From assembly GCA_951406725.2 (NCBI GenBank), contig OX597832.1, positions 9,920,001-9,984,000 on the forward strand: a stretch of 64,000 nucleotides of DNA, given 5' to 3'. The notes below the pieces were generated by a model, which did not search any database, was not told where the DNA came from, and saw nothing but the letters and a program-made list of their open reading frames with translations. Positions 40,050-53,378 of the stretch are shown piece by piece. The DNA is from Octopus vulgaris. Lineage: Eukaryota. Numbering within the stretch: the stretch's first letter is position 1; each line of letters opens with the position of its first letter. A program made the translations under genes and the position numbers.

Positions 40050-40087
40050 TCTTTAACGTTTCGAGCCTACGCTCTTCAACAGAAAGA
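40050..40087 (-). ncRNA. Minimal type I hammerhead-like motif with variant core
   Basis: TCTTT-CTGTTGA-A-GAGC-GTAG-GCTC-GAAA-CG-TT-AAAGA: stem I 5 bp, stem II 4 bp, palindromic AACGTT helix III. Confidence 0.7.
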
Positions 40088-40261
40088 TACACAGAGAGAA
40101 AAAAAACACAGAAAGAAGGAGAGAAAAAAAATGCGTGCAGTAACTAACGAATCAACATGGCGATCTGATTTCGGCCAGAGGTCAAAGATCAAACATGAGA
40201 CGCGAGAGCGAAATAAGGGGAGATAATAGGGTTGATAATAGGGTTGAATGACCCTAGGATA

Positions 40262-40485
40262 GGTCTGGACAGGCGTATGTATGGGGTTGGTGTATGTATT
40301 AGCATGTATTAGTATGTATTAGTACGTATTAGTATGTATAAGTGTGTGTGTGTGTGTATGAGAGAGTATAAGTGTATATGAGGGGTCTGGACGTGTGTAT
40401 GTATAGGGTTGGTGCATGTATTAGTATGTATTAGTATGTATTAGTACGTATTAGTATGTATTAGTTGGTGTATGTATTAGTATGG
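40262..40485. repeat. (TATTAGTATG)n 10-mer repeats within a duplicated ~80-bp block in the PLE 3-prime UTR
   Basis: GTCTGGAC...TATTAGTACGTATTAGTATGTA occurs at about 40263-40339 and 40385-40460. Confidence 0.9.
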
Positions 40486-40753
40486 CACATCATATATGAT
40501 GTGATGTGTAAAGTCGTGTGGTGTAGTGAGGAGAAGAGGGGAGAGATAAGGGGAGGGGAAGGAGAGGGGGAGAGAGATGAGGGAGAGGAGGAAAGAGGGG
40601 GAGGGAGAGAGAGAAGGGGAGTGAGGGAGCAGATGGAAGAGGGAAGGAGGGAGGGAGAAAGAGGGAAGAAGGGAAGGGGAGTAGGGGTGAAAGGATGAAG
40701 GACTGAAGAAGTAGGGGTCGGGGGGAAGGATAGGTGAGGAGGGGGAGAGGGGG

Positions 40754-42824
40754 TTAGATGAGGAGGGGGGAGAGTTGAGACCAAATGGTGTATAAGAGCG
40801 AAGAGAGAAGATTAATTCCTGTTCACGGCGCAAACGGGAATCCGGATGGCCTCTGTGTAAGGACAAACCGAACACAGATAGGTGTTGCAAGGAGTGACCG
40901 GTGGAGCGGAAATGGCGTGAGACCGGTGTGTCGTTCGCAAGGTGGATGTCACGAAGGTGTTCCGCGAACCGGTCAGCCAAGCGGCGTCCCGTTTGTCCGA
41001 TGTACAAGGAATTGCAGAGAGAGCAAGAGACGCAATAGATAATATTGCTGGAGGTGCAGGTGAAGGAGTGGATGATGGGATAGGGTCGATGGTGAGTGCT
41101 AGTGAGGCGGGTGGTGTTGGAGAGGTAAGGGCAAGTGCGGCAACGTGAGCGGGAGCAGGGAAACGAGCCAGATTGGGAGGTAGGGTCAGGGAAGGAGCTA
41201 TGGACCACAAGGTCTCGAAGGTTGTGGGCTCGTTTGAAAGAGGGGAGGGGTTGGTTAGGGAAGAGGTGTGAAGTGGACGGGTCGGACTGGAGATGACGGA
41301 AAGCTCGAAGAATGGTGCGTTGGAGACGTAGGGTCGTGGGGTGGTAAGTGAGGGGAAAAGGGAGGCGGGAGACTACAGGCCGGGTTCGGGGAGTGAGAGC
41401 AGATACACGGTCCACGGACCGTGCTCTGGCAAGGGCGATGTGGATAGTGGTGAGGGGGTATCCACGTAGGGTGAAGTGGTGAGCCATACGTTGAGACTGA
41501 GTCTCAAAGTCATGGTCGTCACTACAGAGCCTACGTAGACGGAGGAATTGGGAATAGGGGATGGAAAGCTTGGTGCGTTCTGGGTGGGAGGAAGAGAATT
41601 GAGGTATGAGTGTGAGTCTGTGTGTTTGTAGTAAATGGAGGTGGTAAGAGTGGAGTGAAGAATGCTAACCGAAATGTCGAGGAAGGAGACAGAGGTGTTG
41701 GAGATAGTGGAAGTGAAGTGGAGGGCTGGATGGAAAGATTGGACGAAAGAGAGGAAGGAATCTAGATGTTCACGGGAGAGTGAGGTGGCACCGATAATGT
41801 CGTCAATGTAACGACCATATAGTTCAGGAGTGGGACCAGTGAAATTAGAGAATATTTGGGCCTCAACATAGCCAACGAACAGGTTCGCATAGTTGGGGCC
41901 CATTCGCGTTCCCATGGCCAATCCCGAGACCTGATGGTAGAACTCGCCCGCGAACGAGAAGCAGTTCAGAGTAAGGACAAGTTCGGCCAGACGAATGAGT
42001 GTGGAGGTGTCAGGTACAGGGTTAGAGCGGAGGTCAAGAAAGTGTCGAAGGGCCTGCAGTCCTTCGTGGTGAGGGATAACAGTATAGAGGCTTTGGATGT
42101 CCATAGTAAAAACGATTTTGGAGGAGCCGGGAGGAAAGGAGAAAGAGTTGAAAAGCCGGAGAGCATGGTTGGTATCGTGGATGTGGGAGGGAAGAGATGC
42201 CACTAGGGGGCAAGGACACGGTCGAGGTATTCAGAGATGAGCTCCATGGGGCAGTTACAGGCGGAGGCGATGGGGCGGCCAGGGTTGTTGGGTTTGTGGA
42301 TTTTGGGGAGGAAGTAAATGGTGGGGGTACGTGGGGTTCGCACAATTAGTTTGGATGCGGTGCGGGGGAGACGGGAGGACGAGATGAGGTCGCGGACAGT
42401 AGAGGATACCGTCTGTTGGTAGCTACGTGTGGGGTTAGAGGGCAGAGGGGAATAGAAGGAGGTGTCATTGAGTTGGCGGAAAGCCTCGGCCCTATAGAGG
42501 TCCGCGCGCCACACCACTACAGCTCCACCCTTGTCAGCCGGTTTGATGATAATGTCAGCGCGCCGTTGGAGGGAACGAAGAGCCAAGAGCTCAGCCGGGG
42601 AGATGTTGAGGCGGCGTTGGCGCATGGAGAAGTTGAACTGCTCCAATGCACGCTGACAAGCGCCCGCGAAATGATCCACTGCTAGGATCTGGCCAGGGGC
42701 AGGCGTCCACGGGGATGGTCGGCGGCCCAGGCCAGTGAAGCAGTCCTCTTCGTTGGGTGTGGGTGGCGAGTCGTGGTAATGCGCACCCAACCGGACACGG
42801 CGCACAAAGTTGTGGACATCAACT

Positions 42825-42827
<3 letters not shown>
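40754..42827 (-). pseudogene. PLE polyprotein (reverse transcriptase + GIY-YIG endonuclease), broken by single-base frameshifts
   Basis: IIKPADKGGAVVV, YFLPKIHK, GRPI, MDIQSLYT, GLAMGTRMGP, RYIDD, SFLDI, SHP, SQFLRLRRLCS, LTYHP, CSRSRCRTC, NIIYCVSCSLC-LYIGQTGR-RFAEH, GLN. Joins ORFs 42203-42829, 41373-42203 and 40477-41487. Confidence 0.95.
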
Positions 42828-42915
<88 letters not shown>

Positions 42916-43591
42916 GATTACTCGATTTGATTTGCAAGATTCTTTATGTGATTTCGTGTGTTGAAGCATATATATTGTATCTGCCCTTTCATTTCCTTTA
43001 ATCTTTCGTTATGTCTGCCTGTCTGTCTCTCACTTTTAGTACCTTATTATTTAACACATTCACCGGTAATGTTTCAACTCATTTGCATATTTATTTCTCC
43101 AGAAAGTTTCTTTACGTCTTCCAACCTTCTCAATTGTCGTTGACTCACAATGGCTACCAGAAATGATGCAAAACGCAAAGAACATTTTATGAAAAATAAA
43201 TGAGTAAATGAGTTGAGTGGAAACTTTACCGGTGAGTGTACTAAATGATACGGCCCTACCAGCGAAGGACTCTCCCCTAGACACAACAGTATATGTGAGT
43301 GTGTGTGTGTGTGTGTATGTGTTTATGTGTGTGTGTCTGTGTCTCTGTGTGTGTGACAAGAGAAACACGGAAGACGGAATATACGAGAATTTATAATTAA
43401 CCACGACAATTCTTTCGACACATCTAGCATCGATTCCTCATGGGTGGGACACTCAACAACTGTTCAGGAGCATCCGGCGGTGCAGATCTATCTCGACGGC
43501 TTATAAATATATACAAATCTTTAAAATAACTGTTATGGAATGCAATTTCCTGTTTTGTAGAAAGAAAACCAAACAGGCGGAGGAAATATCT

Positions 43592-43902
43592 TCATTTATA
43601 TGTTTGTTCCTTCTGAAGCCATGCCTGGCTCATAGGGCCGGTTTCCCGGTTTCCTAGGCGTATAGGTTCCCCACCTTGACGGGACGCCAGTCTGTCGCAG
43701 TTGAACTGCAAGATGCAGCCGGAAAGAGTGAGATAAATTTGTGGCGGAAGTGTCAGCAGAAGTACGCCATTACCTTCTGTCAGAGCCGCGTGGAGCTTAG
43801 GTGTTTCTCTAATAAACACACATATCAGCCGGTCTGAGATTCGAACTCGTGATCCCTCGACCGCGATTCCGCTGCTCTAGCGTCTAGGCTCTGTGCCTCC
43901 AC
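43592..43902 (-). mobile_element. tRNA-derived SINE (third family, different tail)
   Basis: Head GTGGAGGCACAGAGCCTAGA, B box GAGTTCGAATC, body GTGTTTATTAGAGAAACACCTAAGCTCCACG. Confidence 0.8.
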
Positions 43903-44409
43903 TTATTTATATAGAAGATCAAAAATAAAATCACAGATGACAAAAAGAGAAAGCAATACACAATCCAGAGAAAAGTATTAACAACAACCGTTAACAAATA
44001 TGATATATTGACATCCATGGGCAAACTATATGTATGTGTGTCTGTATGTATGTATGTATGTATGTATGTATGTATGTATGTATTTTGTATGTATGTATGT
44101 AATCCTGTTTATATTAAACGGTGTTTATGCCAATCTTCATGTGAAAGAGGTGGGATTTCTACCCCATGCACAAAAATTCTAAGTGCGCCAAATACAGACG
44201 CATATTATTGTATTCTCAATTCTTTTTCACAGACACGTATACACGTTGTGAAGTGACATAGAATAGTCATTAGTAATATATGTTATAAAGTTTGCTGAAA
44301 CTCAAACATAACAAGCCTAGATGTAAAGACCACTGGAAAGCAGTGTTTCTATAATAGTTGTTCTAATACAAACGAAATAGTTAACTAGCAATATCACCAC
44401 ACCTCGTAA

Positions 44410-44970
44410 AGCGGCGAGCTGGCAGAAACGTTTGCACGCCGGGCGAAATGCGTAGCCGTATTTTTGACTGCCGTTCAAAATCCCGCCAAGGTCGACTTTG
44501 CCTTTCATCCTTTCGGGGTCAATTAAATAAGTACCATTACGCACTAAGGTCGATATAATCGGCTTAATCCGCGTGTCTGTCCTTGATTGTCCTCTGTGTT
44601 TATCCCCTTGTGGGTAGTAAAGAAATAATTATTTCATCTGCCGCTACGTTCTGAGTTCAAATTCCGCCGCGGTCGACTTTGCCTTTTATCCTTTCGGGGT
44701 CGATTAAATAAGAACCAGCTACGCACTGGGGTCGATGTGATCAACTTAATCCGTTTGTCTGTCCATGTTTGTCCTCTCTGTGTTTTTAGCCCCTTGTGGG
44801 TGGTAAAGAAATAGGTATTTCTTCTATCTTTACGTTCTGATTTCAAATATCTCCATGGTCGACATCACCTTTCAACCTTTTGAGCGCGATAAATTAAGTA
44901 CTATATGCGTAATGGGGCCGATCTAATCGACTTGCCCCACCTCCACAAAAATGCCTAGAGCAGAAAAGAA
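44410..44970 (+). mobile_element. Nin-domain SINE trimer
   Basis: One head followed by monomers joined at 44627/44628 and 44813/44814. Confidence 0.92.
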
Positions 44971-46197
44971 AAGAATGTCAACACATCTGGTAAACATTAT
45001 AAATATAGTTTTCTAGTCTTCTCTAAAACTGAAGAGTATGAATTTCTTCTGGGTTATGAGGCTAATAATAAAAGAGCAGCAATAATTAAGGAACATATGG
45101 ACATTTTGAAATAATATGTGAAGTACAGAATATATACCGATGACTTTGATCATTCAAGCGCGTAGAAATAATTCATAGAAATAATAGTTCATACAAAGGA
45201 CTAAAAATCTTGTTGCGATATTTCAATTAAAAGTTGGTAATTACGTGTCATTTCCTACCTTCAATCACATATACGCAGACGCACACATACACACTCACAC
45301 ATATATATAGAGAGAGAATGGATGCAAGAGGCATTGTAATTAATGAAACTAAATTCGTATTTGTACAAATCCAATGCGAGAGTTTACTTCAGATATAATT
45401 ATAGTAATGCACAATTGCGGATAAACACATTCACGATACAATGTACAGATAAATACTTTAAATACATTCACAATGTACTTTACAAGCATACAATTATATG
45501 TTAACTAATGAACATTCGTTATTAACCTCAAATTCTTACATATTTAGACTTGGATTTATAAATAAATTGCACATTCTTTCAGAACAGGGACAAAATACGT
45601 CAACAAATTTTACGAGGATTCAGTAGTCATTACCATATGCTTGTAGAGGAATAGATATATAACGGTAGAGAATATTAAAACACCTGATTGGATTTGTTAA
45701 TGAAATGATTTCTCTGAAAGGATTCCGATTGCAAATGCAAAAGCTTAATGGGATTTTGTAATGTTCAAGAATTTGTTTTATTACTTGTTATCTAAATGGT
45801 ATATATTTACCAATGAAAAACTATTCATTTATGCGTCATGCATAATTTATAGAAATTAATTAAAGTGCCTGCTTAAGTGATTTCCAAAATATTTCTTGGC
45901 TAATATATCCTATGTTATACTTTATTTCTTTAACAAACAGTTCTTTAATGGATGTAGTAGAAGTGCATGATCATAAATTGACATAGTTTACAGAGAAAAG
46001 GCAAAGATCCGTTCAAAATTTACACCGAACACTAAAACACAAAAAATATATTTCGTGAGTGTGCCCACACAATCATACACGGATAAATATAATTGTGGGT
46101 ATGTATCAATATACAGTTTTATATAATTATATAACTATATATACATGCATCTATATGCCTCTACATACATATATATGTATATTTCTATATGTATATA

Positions 46198-46286
<89 letters not shown>

Positions 46287-47029
46287 TATAATTCTATATA
46301 TTTATTTATCAATATATATGTATATATGTGTATATACATATGCATGTAGTCATGTATGTATGTACGCCTGCATACATGCGTACGCAAGTAAGTGATGTAG
46401 AAAAAACAACTGAGTGAATAATATACAGAATCTCTAGAAAAGAATGTTGATGATCATATAATTGGAATATCGATATTTTTCAATATTCGCATACATTTTT
46501 TTTGTCAAATTTTTCATTATCACATTTAGATATTTTGATGAATATATTTAATATATTTACAAGGAAACTTCTATTCAATTTACACCACAAACACTATATG
46601 AAAATCGAATCAATTTCGTGATCCTCGCACACATTATAAAATTAAATAGATTAGCAAATGTAATTCTTCCAAAATATGCATCACATTGATTCTACGTAAA
46701 CACATAATAAGTGAATGTTATTCACTTTCACGTGTCTACAAGTATAAAATCATGCACATATATTTTGCGCATATATTTTCGCAATCATTAACATGCATGA
46801 TCCAATGTTTATTACAGAATCATTGGTGGGTATTGGAATTTTATTTGTCGCTACATTATATTCCGCAAGACGCGATTGAGTTTTACAAAGAAGCAACAGA
46901 ATACACATGCTCACACACATAAATACACACTTTCAAAATCCAAATCAAACAACCATATTCAGATACACACATGCACACACACGTGTGTGTGTGCATGTAT
47001 ATCTATATCTCTGTACCTCTCTCACTTTC

Positions 47030-47107
<78 letters not shown>

Positions 47108-47456
47108 TATAAAGATGTAACACTCTATAGGTACTCTTTACGTATATACCTATATACATTTTCTTTTATTGATATGTAGATATATGCATATATCTACCTA
47201 TGCTTCGGTGTGTGTATGCGTGTGTGTGTCTGCCTGTGTGCCTGTGCGTGTGCGTGCGTATTGTTTATCGTTCCTTCTAGATGTTATTTGTTTTCAATCA
47301 TTTCGTTCATTTCAATAATTTCCTAGTAACTGCATAGAATTTTTTTTCATCAAACAAGCGTGCTCCTCAAGTCAGTTGTTATGTATAGTGCTTATTCTGT
47401 ATCACTAACCATTTGGTTTTGTGTTATGGGTTAAATGCAAATACAAAGTCACATAC

Positions 47457-47607
<151 letters not shown>

Positions 47608-48994
47608 GTATGTGTGTCTGTGTATGTGTGTCTGTGTTTATTTGTCTATGGGTCTGTTTTTTTTGTGTGTGTACAGGGCAGTCTTTTCCAGTTACTGTCT
47701 AGTTTTACGCTCAGACGTCGCGGTTATAATACTGTTACTCATCGTGCTCACACACGTACATGCACTTACGTATACATAGATATATGCATATACATAAAGG
47801 GATGTAAGCTATTTTTGTTCAACGTTGGTAGAAATATAGAAAAACAAATTTATAATGCTCTACTAGAAAAGTATAAAGTGAGGCACACCTACTCAGTTAT
47901 GAGTACTGTGCAATTTACTGAATCAACAACTGTTAGCGGTTGAAGATATTCTCATAATATAGCATTCATTCAATCTCATTCTTGGAAGTTTATGTATTTT
48001 CTTGTAACTCGAAATTATTGGTATCTAAATTTATAGTGTAAAATAAAAGCATAAATACATTGGCACACACACACATGTGGAATTGCACACATATAAGACA
48101 CACATGCATAGATACGCGCGTATATTCAATTACTCGTACATCAACGTACTTGGTATATAAATCTACTGAATTTCGTAAGATTAATGATTTTAATAAAAAC
48201 AAGACATCGATATGAAAAATTTAATAAATATATTAACAGATTTTAAATTGTCTCATAAAATCGCTTACTGAATTTATGGGTTTTGAAATAAATTGCACAA
48301 AACATCTGCTTGCGGAAACGCGTCCGCAAAATTTTGGCCTTTCGAATTTCAAAAATTACTAGGTCTCAGTGTTCCCATTAAATTTATCCGCCCTTCCACA
48401 ATTCATAAGGGGAAATTCCTGCGATGGATGGTGCCAGATTTGCGTAGTTTCAGACCTTCATTGGTTTCAATTGTGCCACAAAGTGAGTAGTTTTGTGGGT
48501 GAAAGTAAATGTATGACTTCTTTCCCAGTCCTCAAATGTTAATTATTTTATCGAACCCGTAAAGATCAAATGCAACCTCGGAAGAAAAGTTACTAAGCAT
48601 TTTTCCCCGCCGTTGTAACGATTCTGCCAAGTCTCCCCCTAAAATTTCCCTGGCCGTTAGAATCCGCCTGGTAATTAAAATGCAGATGAAAATATTTGTG
48701 TTGCCTTTAACTTTACATTTTGTAGGAGGTATGCGACTCATAAAGCAGGTTTTCTATCTGAATTGTTTCATCTAATTGAATCTTCATACATTATATACTC
48801 GTTATAACATGTACTATCTAGTTAGCACATTTCTGTAAGTGAGGCAAACTCGTGTTAATCTTTAGTTGAAAATTTGGATGATGAACTGATGCGAAAAGTT
48901 TTCCTTATATGCAAATATTACGCATGTTTTTATCAATTATAATTTAGAAGATTTTTGGAATCCTTTCTACGGTAAATTGGGCTGAATTAGATGA

Positions 48995-49193
48995 TACAGT
49001 TCTATATTTACTAGATGTAGGATCATGTACATCATTTACATTATTTACATTTGACGGATATCTGTCCTCATCTTATTGTTGTTAACACAATGTTTCGGCT
49101 GATACACCCTCCAGGCTTCATCAGGTGTCTTGGGGAAATTTCGAACCAGAGTTCCCATTCCAATGGTATTTTTCGATGTTGTATTGTGGTCAC
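48995..49193 (-). mobile_element. Inverted, headless copy of the hammerhead-tailed SINE
   Basis: Reverse complement aligns to 49260-49505 (GTGACC, short linker, AACATCGAAAA...GTAAATAATGT). Confidence 0.85.
49084..49129 (-). ncRNA. Minimal type I hammerhead ribozyme (slightly decayed)
   Basis: GACAC-CTGATGA-A-GCCTG-GAGGGTGTAT-CAGCC-GAAA-CA-TT-GTGTT. Sibling copies give a perfect stem II (GGCTG/CAGCC). Confidence 0.8.
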
Positions 49194-49268
49194 GGTATAT
49201 GGCGTAGTGTTTAAGAGCGCGGGCTACTAACATCAAGATTCTGAGTTTGATTCAAGGCAGTGATCTTA

Positions 49269-49356
<88 letters not shown>

Positions 49357-49508
49357 CAACATCAACATCGAAAAGTACATTAGGAATATGTTTCCAGGTT
49401 CGAAATTTCCCCAAGAAACCTAATGAAGGCTGGAGGGTATATCAGCCGAACGTTATATTAAAAACAAACAAGAGAAGGACAAATATCCTTCAAACGTAAA
49501 TAACGTAA
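49194..49508 (+). mobile_element. tRNA-headed SINE with (AAT)n linker and hammerhead-containing tail
   Basis: A box TGGCGTAGTG, B-box-like GAGTTTGATTC, (AAT)n 49270-49352, tail with CTAATGA-A-GGCTG..CAGCC-GAA-CGTT. Confidence 0.85.
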
Positions 49509-52422
49509 TCAATGAGAATTAGATGACATTCTTTTGTCAGATTCTTCTCAACTGTCCTTTGCTACGCGTATACCAATTCATTTTCTTTCAGTCTGCTAGC
49601 TATCGCAGCGTCATTATGAATAAACTAAGGGCGCTTTGTCTAATATCTCTGTACTGCGGCTGAGGTAAAACATACTTTCTTGCCATATTTAACCTAGATT
49701 TTTAAACTAGATTGGAATATATGTTCCTACATCAGTATCTTGCACAAAAACACTGAGAATGGTGCGTTAATATTCCAGTTTTGCATTCGCTCGCATGCGC
49801 GCACACACACACACAAACACACACGATGTTGTATGAATGTATATGACTTGATGTTTAAGAATGAATTTTGTCTTTTTTTATCTATACGTATGTATTGTTG
49901 CCTTTTTAAGAGATATTACATATAAATATGTTTACTGATTACTCCTTCTAAAGAGGCATCTTATATTTTGATTTCCAAAATTTCTGAGTTCCATCTATTA
50001 GCCATTAATGCACGGAAATGCAATTGTTACAACACAATTAGAGCGTTGTACGTTAACACATGCATGGAATCAAATCATATTTTCATATATTTGTCTATTT
50101 GACGTCACCAGCCATATGTTTCTGTTTTAAAATAAATGTAAAAAAAGAATTGCCTTATATATCATCAGCATTCTCAAATAAATTATTCATGTTATATGTC
50201 CTTCTTTTATGTCTCCTAAAACATAGTTTGCTACACTTTAAAACAATTATTCTGAATGTTATGGTTTTACTTGCTGCAATAATTTTCATCCACAAATAAT
50301 ATGTTAAAATCAAAAATGAAATTGTGTAAAACGTCTTCCATCGCCGTTTTGCTGGAAACTAAAAAGCTATTAATTCATTTCGAGTTGTTGTATGTTTTTA
50401 TTTGTTTTCAATTTACCATTAATTTCAAAATTTCTATGCATTATCTCCTACGTTTTACTTGGTGATCCCCTGGGATATTGCGAGCAAAAATGGGTGACGT
50501 TCGGAAAAGTAGATTACATTCCCGGATGTAACAAACGACTGTCGTTATCAATTAATAGAAAATCTCTTGGGAAACAACCATTTACGGCAAAATGGAGATT
50601 TTGCATAACATCAACAACGTTATTATTTTATATATATATATATAATTTAGTTTGATTTAAGTTTCTGATGCGTTTCTCTATGCATGTTCCATTTTCTTGT
50701 TTGTATGCATTAAATTTTGGACCATAATTTGAAAACAGCAATGTATATAAGTAGGTTAAAGGTGAATATGCCGCCAAAAGTTTTGCAATAGCTATCGGTT
50801 ATATTTCTCATAGAGTAGAAAATAGAACATAATGAAAATATGATGTTTCTATGCATGTTTTATTCAAAGACATTTTAATGAATGTTTCCTTATTGATGCG
50901 AACAAACAATAAGTATTCTCAATATAGTTACATTCACGTGGAAATCTGTACATTAAATATTTAATTAAATTCTTCATTTTTGTTGTAATTAAGAATATAA
51001 AGCTCCTTTTTATCCTACGTTTCAGAAGTTCCATTTTCTATATTTGTAGATAATCAGCTTTGGTTTGAAGTCAAGAGGGACTTAGAAATTGCATGACAGT
51101 ACACATTTTATTAATTACGTTTTTATTGATAGTGGATTGGCAAAAGGCACTGATCATCGAACTAAATAATTGAGGCATATTAGCGAGAAAACTGTACATT
51201 TATTATCAGAGGGCTGTAGCATTGTTGAAATTAATTTTCATTCTTACCCATTCTGAAATATCAGATCCCTATTACACATAAGTTAGTCAGTCATGACATG
51301 CTAAAAATATCAGGCCCTGTCAAAAATTAAAACTCTTTATATCTGTATATAATTTTTCTGTGAGTTATAAGAAAATATGTATAGTAATAATTCTATTACG
51401 CAATTTTCAGTAATATATTTGGAATTTTCAGTCAATATCTCAAATTTAAATTAATATCATTTCTGTATAAAACATTCATTTGAAGAATAGTCGTTCCTTT
51501 CACACATTTTATCACAATTTCGAATCATTCCCTATGCTTAGTAAAATTCCGTTACATTTGAAACAGTTTCCTTTCTACAATTAAAAATATATGACGTTGT
51601 AAGTATAGTACTTATTCGCTTCGTTTGAGTGTTCTTCATGTACGGCTTTCTTCAATTACGGTTTTCTCTACAAACTACTTGCCTTTTTCTCGGGACCGAA
51701 TGTGGGATCTCTGGTCGAATTTAAATGTTGCTTATCAAGTAGTCGCCCCTTACGACCAATTTCCAATATATTTCATCTCCCTTCGTCACCTTGCCATCAG
51801 TTTTGTGTATAGCATTCAGAATTCGAACATCGTCTTACACATACGTGCGGAATTTGACTGGAGACTACTGGTACTACCACATAAATTTGCTTTCGGGGTG
51901 AGAGAGTTTGAGAAAGACAGTATAAGAAATGAAATGAAGGGGTGAGCTTTCCTTTCAAGAGAGAGAGAGAGAGCCACTTAGGATTTATAATTTTCTTTGG
52001 TTTATTATTATCCTCACAGGTATTTTTGTTGAGTGAGAGAATATATGGAATAATATTTCCATGTAATCGATTTGTACCTCCCTTTCAGTATCCTGGTAGC
52101 TGTAGACGTTATTTAATTCTTTTTATGAGCTCCTCACTGCAGCATAACTTGCGATCATGAAATTAGTCGATCTAAGTTCATTTGAAATGTTTAGAAATTT
52201 CATATGATCGATTTTCTTTTCTTGTTTTCCTATTTTGTAATTGTACATTTGCATTTACGTGTAGGTTCATTTTGTTAGCAATATATGTGGATTCAATAGT
52301 CAAATGTAATACATATTATGTATATTTGGGACGGTGTACAAAGAGCATGGATTCAACTTCCAATCCGGAGATACAAGGTTTACGAAATTTAACAGCCAAA
52401 TAATGATTATAAAAATGCAAAC

Positions 52423-52453
<31 letters not shown>

Positions 52454-52467
52454 TGTATGTATGTATG

Positions 52468-52534
<67 letters not shown>

Positions 52535-52539
52535 AGTTA

Positions 52540-53378
52540 TACATGTTTACATTCTTATTGCCTTCAAAGTATTCTTCATTTGAAGCAATGCATCGGTCCA
52601 GGCGCGTTTTCAAATATTCGAAGCAGTGCTAGATCTCATGCGAAGTGATGCCTTTTAACACCTTCGTCATTTTCTTCACCTCTTTCACATCTGCAAATAC
52701 CGTAGAGCATTCATCCACAGTAATGACCTTCGAAAAAAGTTACATATCAACCTCCAAATGTTATTTTTAGTTCACGATACGCATCCAGTAGAGACTACTC
52801 TTAATCTTCCGTGAGAAAGCGAGGCACAATTTTGTCGCAACTCTTTTCATTGGCAATTCTTCGTTTAATTGTATTGGCAGGAGCTCCAAGGCACAACTGT
52901 CATATCAACAACTTCGTCAATTGTTCGGTGACTGTCCTCCAAAATTAGTCAGTGTATTTTCATGATGTTTTCATTCGTTTAGTTGGTCGATGATCTTCCT
53001 AAACGAAATTGGACATGAAACGCCAATCATTACTTAAGCGTGGAAACCACTCACAAACTCGCGATTAGCTCATGGAAGCTTCCGTGTACGTTGTTTGAGG
53101 AATGGCAACTGGTTTCGGATAGACGTTTTCCCCAGCAGAAAATAGAATTTCATGGAAAAACACAGTCCTTCCATTTCAGCCATCGCAAAAATCGACGAAC
53201 AGGGCAGAAATGCTGCATAACACGAACATCATGTGATAGTAAATCCTCACATGGTGACATCGGTCGACAGACTTATGCCAGAGGCTTGCATCAAGTGGCT
53301 TTTAGCGATGGAAGCCTGAATTACAGCGGGCTTATCCCACTCGAAATATTTCCGTTTACTTCTGGTCACCCCTTCATA
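52540..53378 (-). mobile_element. Mariner-family transposon, internally deleted
   Basis: N-terminal MKFYFLLGKT..RVCEWF, KVITVDE, then directly FADVKEVKK..RLDRCIASNEEYFEG. One TIR-like end TATGAAGGGGTGACCAGAAGTAAACGG. Confidence 0.85.

Larger units (their letters stand above)
39951..42827 (-). mobile_element. Penelope-like retroelement, 5-prime truncated, GC-rich, inserted in (TA)n
   Basis: RT plus C-terminal GIY-YIG, a 3-prime UTR with tandem repeats and an HHR-like terminus, and sharp (TA)n boundaries at both ends. Confidence 0.97.

Noticed and set aside
40785-42685. Plus-strand and alternative-frame ORFs over the PLE
   Set aside because: Shadow ORFs of a GC-rich coding region.
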